Below are positions 1-6,402 of a stretch of 6,699 nucleotides of DNA, piece by piece. Position numbers and translations under genes: made by a program. The stretch covers positions 1 to 6,699 of the IMG/VR virus record IMGVR_UViG_3300024265_000607; one strand, written 5' to 3'. The notes under the pieces were generated by a model. It made no database searches, had not been told where the DNA came from, and was given only the letters and a program-made list of their open reading frames with translations. Every line of letters begins with the position of its first letter. Position 1 is the stretch's first letter.

Positions 1-6
1 AAATTC

Positions 7-144
7 TTATATAAGATTAATTTTATTTATAATATTTACATTATCATCTATATCTGTTAATCTTGATAATATCATAATTGGAATGAAAATAAATATAAAT
101 ATAATTTCAAATATAAATAATATAATTTCAGTAATTTTTCTCAT
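7..144 (-). CDS. Small single-pass membrane protein, 45 aa (not in ORF track)
   Basis: Manual translation from ATG 144 to TAA 9-7: MRKITEIILFIFEIIFIFIFIPIMILSRLTDIDDNVNIINKINLI. It starts 2 nt after the stop of 147-272 and has a basic N-terminus followed by a hydrophobic stretch of about 20 aa. Confidence 0.6.
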   Translation of the reverse strand: MRKITEIILFIFEIIFIFIFIPIMILSRLTDIDDNVNIINKINLI

Positions 145-146
145 AA

Positions 147-272
147 TTAACTATTTTTCTTATATTTATTTTTCAATTCTTTACATTGAATACATTTTCT
201 TACATCATTAGTTTGATTAACACATAAATCTATTCCTTTAATCCAACAATACTTTAATTTATTTTTTGACAT
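147..272 (-). CDS. Small basic Cys-rich protein, putative zinc-binding, 41 aa (not in ORF track)
   Basis: Manual translation: MSKNKLKYCWIKGIDLCVNQTNDVRKCIQCKELKNKYKKNS, with Cys at 9, 17, 27 and 30. The ATG overlaps the upstream stop (TAATG at 274-270) and AAGGA lies just upstream. Confidence 0.65.
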   Translation of the reverse strand: MSKNKLKYCWIKGIDLCVNQTNDVRKCIQCKELKNKYKKNS

Positions 273-457
273 TACTTATCCTTAATTATGTCAATTACAA
301 ATTTAAATAAATTTACTTGATGATTATTTAATTTAATTATCTGTCTTTTTCTTTTTTTATTTCCATTACTTCTATTGTAATTTATTAATATCTTTAAACC
401 ATTTTTATTATATTGCTGAAGTTTAATTTCCTTAGATATTTTAATCGTTGTTAGCAT
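272..457 (-). CDS. Small basic hypothetical protein, 61 aa, possibly nucleic-acid binding
   Basis: ORF track. Lys/Arg-rich (KKRKR). It overlaps the ATPase 3' end by 17 nt, has an AAGGT SD-like motif upstream, and its stop is coupled to the next ATG. Confidence 0.65.
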   Translation of the reverse strand: MLTTIKISKEIKLQQYNKNGLKILINYNRSNGNKKRKRQIIKLNNHQVNLFKFVIDIIKDK

Positions 458-1151
458 TTTTATTACCTTTTAGTCTTATATAAATATATTTTTCATAAGC
501 TAAATCAATACCATTCATTAATAACTTATCCTTAACTAAATCGTGAGTTATTTTACCGTTTAATTCTGATTTTATCATTTCGGTTAATTCAATAATATAA
601 TCTCTTAATCTTATAGGGTATCTTTTTAATAAACCAAATTCTAATCTGTTCTTTCTTGTTGATTCTACTTTTTCTAAAGTATTATACATTTTAAAATATT
701 GTTTAGCATCAGAATAAAGAAGTGTAATATCTGAATATGATTTATTTTCCTTATCATAAAAAACAAAATGAAAATCATCAACTTCAAAATTTTCTCTATG
801 TTCGCAAAGTATTATAAAATTAACTAATTTCCTAAATCTTTTATCGATTGTAGAAAAATCTGGTGTAGTAATATATATATCTGTAAAAGTTTTCCTTGAA
901 TGATATAAAATACTTGATAAATAAGCATTTAAATAATCTTGACTTGCTCTTGATTCTAACCAACTATATCCTTCATCCATTAAGAGATTTATATTATCTG
1001 GTAAATTAAATAAATCAACAACTTCTAATTCTCTATAATTTACAGAATCAATAAAATAATTGCTCCAAATTTGTTTATTATTAAAATAAGTGAGTAATGT
1101 CATAATTAGAGTTTTACCACTCCCTAAATTACCAAGAATAATAACTAACAT
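441..1151 (-). CDS. Zot/pI-like (FtsK-HerA-related) P-loop ATPase, putative virion morphogenesis ATPase
   Basis: Walker A GNLGSGKT (aa 7-14) at the extreme N-terminus, WSN (aa 29-31), Walker B LLMDE (aa 56-60), SRK (aa 85-87) and ITTPxxxxIDKRFR (aa 94-107). This order matches the Zot/pI family. No TM segment. TAATG coupling with the upstream gene. Confidence 0.85.
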   Translation of the reverse strand: MLVIILGNLGSGKTLIMTLLTYFNNKQIWSNYFIDSVNYRELEVVDLFNLPDNINLLMDEGYSWLESRASQDYLNAYLSSILYHSRKTFTDIYITTPDFSTIDKRFRKLVNFIILCEHRENFEVDDFHFVFYDKENKSYSDITLLYSDAKQYFKMYNTLEKVESTRKNRLEFGLLKRYPIRLRDYIIELTEMIKSELNGKITHDLVKDKLLMNGIDLAYEKYIYIRLKGNKNANND

Positions 1152-1501
1152 TAATCTAATTTTGATGTAAAAGCATTCTCATTATATTCTTTTGAATTAG
1201 AAAATGTAAATGCTTTTATAATTTCAGTTCTACTTTTTCTTTTATAACTTACCATATATTTTAGATAAGTTTCAATATAATTATTTATACATTTACTTGA
1301 ATGTTTTAAACCAATATTTTCTAAATAAATTGCTATTGTTTTTAAACCTGCTAAAGCTTTAGGTTTAAATATATGTGTTTTTAATTCTAAATTTTCTTTA
1401 GCATCAAGTAAATTATTTAATATTTGTTGTAATGTTATTTTATTATCTTTTGATAATACTTTTAAAGGATTATCAAAAATAGGAATATCATCAAGAGACA
1501 T
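1151..1501 (-). CDS. Soluble hypothetical protein, 116 aa, translationally coupled to the ATPase
   Basis: ORF track. AGGGGG SD-like motif upstream (about 1510-1515), 0-nt gap to the upstream gene and 1-nt overlap with the ATPase. Basic motif VSYKRKSRTE near the C-terminus. Confidence 0.8.
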   Translation of the reverse strand: MSLDDIPIFDNPLKVLSKDNKITLQQILNNLLDAKENLELKTHIFKPKALAGLKTIAIYLENIGLKHSSKCINNYIETYLKYMVSYKRKSRTEIIKAFTFSNSKEYNENAFTSKLD

Positions 1502-1903
1502 TTATATTGCCCCCTTAGCAATCCAACCAATTAAACCTCCAACAATACCTCCAATAATTATATACATAAGTAAACTTTTATAATCTGTATTTCCTAATTC
1601 AGAAGTTAATTGTTTAATTATTTTTTTTCTTATAATCATATCTATTATACCTGTATCTACTTTTGAAGTTTTTCTTTTTATTTCAGAAAATAGTAATTGG
1701 TCTTTTGTATTTTTATCTATATAATAAATCTGATTTAATCCTTTACTAAAAGTTCTTTCAGAAGTATCAATAATATATGAATTACCTTTATAACTAATCC
1801 CGTTTTCTGAAACATTGGAAGGATTAAATAATTTTTTTCCTATAATTGTATAAGAATCTAATTCTTTTATTAAAAATACAGCTATATATCTTTTTTTAAA
1901 CAT
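1502..1903 (-). CDS. Tail-anchored membrane protein, 133 aa
   Basis: Basic soluble N-terminal domain and one C-terminal TM helix, LLMYIIIGGIVGGLIGWIA, with stacked GxxxG motifs. Confidence 0.8.
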   Translation of the reverse strand: MFKKRYIAVFLIKELDSYTIIGKKLFNPSNVSENGISYKGNSYIIDTSERTFSKGLNQIYYIDKNTKDQLLFSEIKRKTSKVDTGIIDMIIRKKIIKQLTSELGNTDYKSLLMYIIIGGIVGGLIGWIAKGAI

Positions 1904-1919
1904 TATTATAATCTCATTT

Positions 1920-2219
1920 TTATTTTTTATGATAATAATCTACAGAAGCAATAATCATTAAGGTTGATTGAAATACAAGAAAGAATATTTCAAATATAGG
2001 AGTAAAGGGTTCATGACCGTGAGCAATACTATTCATACCAATTATTAATGAAAAACCATATATTACTATAATTGGTAAAATATCTTTTATAGCTCTATAA
2101 CAATATAACATTAAAATTATTAAAGAAATTATTGTAATAAAATGAAATGTTAATTGACCAATTTCAAAAAATACCTCTATTTCTGTATCTGGAGGGAAAG
2201 GGGGTTGTTGTATATTCAT
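1920..2219 (-). CDS. Three-TM membrane protein, probably 99 aa (start revised from GTG 2237 to ATG 2219)
   Basis: Three hydrophobic segments. GGAGGT at 2235-2230 lies 10 nt upstream of ATG 2219, which follows the upstream stop (2226-2224) by 4 nt. The track's GTG start overlaps that SD motif. Confidence 0.75.
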   Translation of the reverse strand: MNIQQPPFPPDTEIEVFFEIGQLTFHFITIISLIILMLYCYRAIKDILPIIVIYGFSLIIGMNSIAHGHEPFTPIFEIFFLVFQSTLMIIASVDYYHKK

Positions 2220-2223
2220 ATCT

Positions 2224-2670
2224 TTAATTACCTCCACTTATTTTTTTTACTACTCCAATAGAATATGCTACAGTTAACATTATATAAATTAAAGTACCAA
2301 ATAATTCAATACTTACTATTAAATTAAAAGCAAGAAAAGAAAGAACAGCCCATACTCCAGCAAAACCAGTAAGTAAAATAACAATTTTAGCAGATTCAGC
2401 GTTTAATCCACTTCCTACAACTTGAATTCCTGTAAGTAATGCCACTCCTAATACAGTTATAAGTAAGGCTATTCCTGCTAATTCTAAAGCTGAAGTATCT
2501 ATATAAAATAAAACATCTTGAGCTTCTACTACAAAAGTAGTAGTAGAACCGTTTACTATAGCTGTATTATCTACAGCTACAGAAACAACTTGACCAAATA
2601 AATTACCACCTAAAACTAATGAAAATAAACCAATTACAGATAAAATTAATAATGTAGCAGAAATTAACAT
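2224..2670 (-). CDS. Multi-pass membrane protein, 148 aa, putative minor virion protein
   Basis: N-terminal hydrophobic helix, a beta-rich loop with an NGS sequon, then three further hydrophobic helices around a GIQVVGSGL linker. GAGGT at 2685-2681. Confidence 0.8.
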   Translation of the reverse strand: MLISATLLILSVIGLFSLVLGGNLFGQVVSVAVDNTAIVNGSTTTFVVEAQDVLFYIDTSALELAGIALLITVLGVALLTGIQVVGSGLNAESAKIVILLTGFAGVWAVLSFLAFNLIVSIELFGTLIYIMLTVAYSIGVVKKISGGN

Positions 2671-2671
2671 T

Positions 2672-2902
2672 TCAAGACATACCTCTTTTATAAGCTTTAT
2701 TGATTATAATTAAAGTTAAAATAACTAAACACATTATTAAAATCCATAATTCTACTAATCCAGACCAAACAACAAAACCACTAAATATTGTTAGAAATAC
2801 AAAAAAAGTTTCAAAATCTTTAAAAGTAATATATGTCATAAAAAGAGCTAAAAGAAACATAATACTAATACCAAGAATCCAATTTGTATCTGAAATTGCC
2901 AA
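2672..2902 (-). CDS. Three-TM membrane protein, 76 aa
   Basis: TTG start immediately after the TAA of the 994-aa gene, with GAGGT at 2914-2910 (7-nt spacing). Almost wholly hydrophobic with a basic C-terminus. TGA stop. Confidence 0.8.
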   Translation of the reverse strand: MAISDTNWILGISIMFLLALFMTYITFKDFETFFVFLTIFSGFVVWSGLVELWILIMCLVILTLIIINKAYKRGMS

Positions 2903-5887
2903 TTATACAACCTCATTCTTTTTTCTTAATATAAATATACTTGAACTAATAGCAATAACAAAAAATAACCAAATTGGTATAATTTCTGTTATAGCACATA
3001 ATAAAGACATTAGTAAAAATAAAGGCATTATAGATTCTTTTCCTAATCTTAAACCAATTAACATAGTAGGTAATAGTATAATAAGTAAAGGTACTAACAT
3101 TAAAAGTAATGATAATGTAGCTACAGTAATATTAAAATTTACTCCAAAACCAAAAACAATATTAGATATATATCCAGTTGTTATTCCTACTAAACTGTTA
3201 ATATCGTCATCTGTTATAGTAATTATTATTTGATTTACTATTTTTTCTTGAGTTAAAACTGCTGAAGTAGTACTAAAAAATGAAGGTAATTCTAATATAT
3301 TACTCGTATCATCATTGAATCCTACTTGAAAAAATCCTTTTGCTATATTATTTTTATTAGATTGAAAAATAATTGTTCTGTCATTTGTATTAATAGGAGC
3401 AAAAAGAATGAACGATATTTGAATGAATTCTACATTAGTATCATCAGCTTCATGAATAAAAGCAAGTCTATTATTTGAATCAACATAAAAGAAACTTGTT
3501 TCTGAATCTACACCACTATTAATAAAAGTTGGTATTAAAGTAGCTTCACTTTGTATTGCTCTTACACCAGTATTCTTAAATGATGTATATTGAAATGTAT
3601 TATTAAAATTTAACCTAAAAGATACAAGAGAAGTAAAAAAATAATCTTTTTCACGAGTATTAAAAGTAGTAATATCAGAATAGATTTTTATACTTCTTAG
3701 AATTAAATGAGAAGTATCATCTAATATAGTAAAAGTAATATTACCAATTCCATTAAAAGTAAATAAAGGATGTAGAAAAGAAAAATATGTTTTATTAGTA
3801 AAAAATTCAAAATAACCAAATTCATTATTATTACTAACAGAACTAATTAATGAATTTCCATTAATATATACTCCAAGATTATCTAACCAATATACAATAA
3901 CTAATCCTGGTGGTTGTACACTTGTAATAAATTTTACTTTTCCTAATGTATGACTTGTAGAATTTAAAATTGGTATATATATTGAACCAATAAAAGTGGT
4001 GTTAGTACTGAATCTAAATATTGAAATATTATCATTAAAATTAATATATAAATTACAGACATAATCTATATTTGTACCTAAACCACTAAATAAAGTAATT
4101 TGATTACTTCTTACGTTTGGAGCTTTAAATTCAATATCAGTAATTAAATTTCCATCATTATTAAATAAAAGAACTGAAGCATTTTTTGCTCCTACATCAA
4201 AATGATTAAATTCAATATTCCAACTTAGATTAATAATATCTGCTTGTTTATTAAAAACTTTTTCTATTCCAAAAAATTCTTGAGATAATCCCGGACTTGC
4301 TATACCAACACGTCTATTAGAATCTAAAGGATAACCATACTGTATATCAACAAAAGTATCTGTAGTATCTAATATTGTCCAATTACTTATATCTTTGCTA
4401 TCTATATCTCTTAATGTAATTAAATCATCTTTAAAATCAAATTTAAATTTATCCACTTCTTTTATAGATTGAGAAATATCAAGATAAGGAATTAAATTAG
4501 AACCTATAATATATTGTCCTGAAGAACGGAAAACATCATAATATCTAATAGAATCAATATCCCAAACAACACCAACCTCAAAAGTATCTGTAGCAATACT
4601 AAAATATCTTATATATGAAGTTAAAGGATTTAAATCAAAATAATGACCAATTAAATTTGAATCTACATATATAGATACTTTCATAGTAATAAAATTAATA
4701 GTAAAAGAAATATTATACCATACATCAACAGAAATATCATAAATAGGAATAAGAGAACCATTAAAAAAATTTAATTTATTGTTATGAATAATAAGTTGTA
4801 GAGCTATATTTACTCCATCAGAAAATTGAATTTGACATAATTTATCAGCATTAGAAATTCTTGAATAAAAATCAATTAAGGTTTTATGAATAGCAGAAAA
4901 ATTATTTTCAATAGCTACATTTTTATTATTAGGGTCTATTAAACTAATATATTTTCCATCAATAGAATCTGTATTTTCTATATTTGCTATTACTCCAGCA
5001 CCAGATTTTAAATAAGTCATATTTTCATATAAAGGAAATAAACTATTATCAAATTCAGTACCTATGGTAAATTCTTGAAAAGTGAACCCTACTTGACTTG
5101 ATTCAAATAATTTTAAATCCCAACTAAAACCAATAGCATCAATATATACTTTATAATTAGTATCAACTGTATGTGTCTCTACTTTCATTTGAAAAAAAGC
5201 TTCTGATACAAATCTAAAGTCATAAACTCCTAAATTTATGTTATTTAAATAAAATCTATATTCATTAGAACCTAATCCTAAATATCCACCTCCACCAGTT
5301 TCAAAATCAATTCTATAATGATACCATTGATTATCTAATGGAATTGGAGCATTTGGTATAAGTTGATAAGTAATTCCATCATATTGATAAAAATTATCTA
5401 AACTAATAAAAATTAATACACCACCTCCTAAATTATCATCGCTAATAGCTACAAAAGATAAATCTGTGGTATCTGTAGTTAATATCCACATTTCTATAGT
5501 ACCAAAATCTTGTAATTCAAATTCATTAAGAGTAGAAACAACTTCGGTGTTTGATGTATCATCCAGTTCTAATATTTTATCATGATTTAAAAAAGAAGGA
5601 AAAATATTAACAGTCCCACCAGTTTCAATAACCGACCAACCTATAGGATTATTGCCTATAATATCATTTGTAAAAGTATAAGTGGCATTATAAGTATTAG
5701 TATAAATAGATTTACTCCTAAAATTATAACTATTTGTAAAATTAAAAGAATTATCTTGATAATTAGTTATCTCATCAAAAGTAATTGAAATATCAGATTC
5801 TTGAGCTAAATTAATTCTTGGAAGTAAATTAAATAAAATAGAAATAAGAATTAACAAACCAATTATTTTTTTATTTGTTTTATTCAT
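2903..5887 (-). CDS. Large secreted, membrane-anchored beta-rich protein with LamG/concanavalin A-like repeats; putative receptor-binding adhesin or terminal fibre, 994 aa
   Basis: Signal-peptide-like N-terminus (KK plus hydrophobic aa 8-22). LamG-like motifs DNQWYHYRIDF...FYLN and DVWYNISFTIN...IYVD, and repeated domain-end motifs YIDAI, DIDSI and WLDNL. Three TM helices at about aa 921-987, followed by RKK. Confidence 0.8.
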   Translation of the reverse strand: MNKTNKKIIGLLILISILFNLLPRINLAQESDISITFDEITNYQDNSFNFTNSYNFRSKSIYTNTYNATYTFTNDIIGNNPIGWSVIETGGTVNIFPSFLNHDKILELDDTSNTEVVSTLNEFELQDFGTIEMWILTTDTTDLSFVAISDDNLGGGVLIFISLDNFYQYDGITYQLIPNAPIPLDNQWYHYRIDFETGGGGYLGLGSNEYRFYLNNINLGVYDFRFVSEAFFQMKVETHTVDTNYKVYIDAIGFSWDLKLFESSQVGFTFQEFTIGTEFDNSLFPLYENMTYLKSGAGVIANIENTDSIDGKYISLIDPNNKNVAIENNFSAIHKTLIDFYSRISNADKLCQIQFSDGVNIALQLIIHNNKLNFFNGSLIPIYDISVDVWYNISFTINFITMKVSIYVDSNLIGHYFDLNPLTSYIRYFSIATDTFEVGVVWDIDSIRYYDVFRSSGQYIIGSNLIPYLDISQSIKEVDKFKFDFKDDLITLRDIDSKDISNWTILDTTDTFVDIQYGYPLDSNRRVGIASPGLSQEFFGIEKVFNKQADIINLSWNIEFNHFDVGAKNASVLLFNNDGNLITDIEFKAPNVRSNQITLFSGLGTNIDYVCNLYINFNDNISIFRFSTNTTFIGSIYIPILNSTSHTLGKVKFITSVQPPGLVIVYWLDNLGVYINGNSLISSVSNNNEFGYFEFFTNKTYFSFLHPLFTFNGIGNITFTILDDTSHLILRSIKIYSDITTFNTREKDYFFTSLVSFRLNFNNTFQYTSFKNTGVRAIQSEATLIPTFINSGVDSETSFFYVDSNNRLAFIHEADDTNVEFIQISFILFAPINTNDRTIIFQSNKNNIAKGFFQVGFNDDTSNILELPSFFSTTSAVLTQEKIVNQIIITITDDDINSLVGITTGYISNIVFGFGVNFNITVATLSLLLMLVPLLIILLPTMLIGLRLGKESIMPLFLLMSLLCAITEIIPIWLFFVIAISSSIFILRKKNEVV

Positions 5888-5891
5888 AATA

Positions 5892-6044
5892 TTAAAATAT
5901 TCTAATAATAATTAATATAAATGTTAAAATTAAAAATGAATATAATGTAGCTTTAACAATAAGAATAATATCTCTTTTAACTAAATTAGCTTCTATATTT
6001 CCCTTTTCTCTAAGTTTATCTATTTCTAATTCTTTTTCTGTCAT
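5892..6044 (-). CDS. Small C-terminally anchored membrane protein, 50 aa (not in ORF track)
   Basis: Manual translation: MTEKELEIDKLREKGNIEANLVKRDIILIVKATLYSFLILTFILIIIRIF. It fills the gap between the capsid-like gene and the adhesin, with its stop 4 nt before ATG 5887. Confidence 0.7.
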   Translation of the reverse strand: MTEKELEIDKLREKGNIEANLVKRDIILIVKATLYSFLILTFILIIIRIF

Positions 6045-6048
6045 GATT

Positions 6049-6062
6049 AAAAAAATAAAAAA
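6049..6062 (-). terminator. Putative archaeal oligo-T intrinsic terminator after the capsid-like gene
   Basis: The minus strand reads TTTTTTATTTTTTT (T6-A-T7) about 20 nt after a tandem TAA TAA stop, with no GC-rich hairpin in front. Confidence 0.55.
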
Positions 6063-6081
6063 TAGTAATTAATTTTCCTTA

Positions 6082-6321
6082 TTAACTTGAAGTTCTTGGT
6101 AGGAAAATTATTACTACGGCAATAATGGCTATAATAGGTAAGAGAACAGTGAGCAAGGTTAAAACAGATGGGTCTATTACCGCATCTAATCTTTCACCAG
6201 AAGTGGCATTCACTACAACATTTCCCGCATTACCAATTAAACCTAAAGCAATAGGATAAATTACAGCTACAACCATTAATCCTACAGCTAACATTACAAG
6301 AGTACGGATATTATCTCCCAA
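6082..6321 (-). CDS. Putative major capsid protein of spindle-shaped virus type (hydrophobic alpha-helical hairpin), 79 aa
   Basis: Two long hydrophobic helices (about aa 8-29 and 53-74), each with an internal Pro (IYPIA, LLPII), joined by a polar loop containing an NAT sequon (aa 38-40). First gene after the promoter and followed by a terminator. TTG start. The architecture resembles fusellovirus VP1/VP3 and the His1 capsid protein. Confidence 0.7.
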   Translation of the reverse strand: MGDNIRTLVMLAVGLMVVAVIYPIALGLIGNAGNVVVNATSGERLDAVIDPSVLTLLTVLLPIIAIIAVVIIFLPRTSS

Positions 6322-6386
6322 AATTACATCAACTTTTAGAAATGAAAAATTTTTAGTTAAAGTTAATTAAAAGTAAGATACGTTCA

Positions 6387-6402
6387 CTTTTAAACTTTTT
6401 TG
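6387..6402 (-). promoter_or_regulatory. Putative archaeal promoter (BRE + TATA box) for the structural operon
   Basis: Minus strand CAAAAAAG-TTTAAAAG: a purine run directly followed by a TTTAWA box at 6394-6387, in the only sizeable intergenic region and about 65 nt upstream of the capsid-like start. The AT-rich background lowers specificity. Confidence 0.5.

Larger units (their letters stand above)
7..6402 (-). mobile_element. Morphogenesis module of a putative spindle-shaped archaeal virus or provirus (wyrdvirus-like)
   Basis: A hairpin capsid-like protein, an anchored adhesin, multiple small membrane proteins and a pI-like ATPase occur together in one tightly packed operon with archaeal-type transcription signals. 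No cellular housekeeping genes are present. Confidence 0.7.

Noticed and set aside
1-18. Terminal palindrome as a Xer/dif or attachment site
   Set aside because: It lacks the 11-6-11 arm-spacer layout of dif sites, and no integrase or tRNA fragment is in the window. It is kept only as an unexplained inverted repeat.
2220-2237. GTG start at 2237 for the 105-aa ORF
   Set aside because: It overlaps the GGAGGT SD motif and the upstream gene. ATG 2219 has suitable SD spacing and follows the upstream stop.
2700-3233. 177-aa plus-strand ORF in the track
   Set aside because: It is entirely antisense to two well-supported membrane-protein coding regions. Its Ile/Lys/Asn-rich composition is what the reverse complement of hydrophobic codons produces, so it is a shadow ORF.
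2903-5887. Sixteen N-x-S/T sequons in the adhesin ectodomain as evidence of heavy glycosylation
   Set aside because: The protein is very rich in Asn, Ser and Thr, and this count is about what chance would give. It is compatible with glycosylation but is not evidence for it.
2903-5887. Diversity-generating retroelement target or phase-variable tract in the adhesin
   Set aside because: I saw no reverse transcriptase, no near-identical template/variable repeat pair and no unusually long homopolymer for this base composition.
441-6321. Bacterial filamentous phage (inovirus or plectrovirus), or a Zot toxin locus
   Set aside because: Disfavoured rather than excluded. The ATPase lacks a TM and C-terminal toxin region, the capsid candidate has two long hydrophobic helices and no basic C-terminal tail, and the transcription signals look archaeal. 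TGA appears to act as a stop at 2674-2672, abutting the next gene, which argues against genetic code 4.
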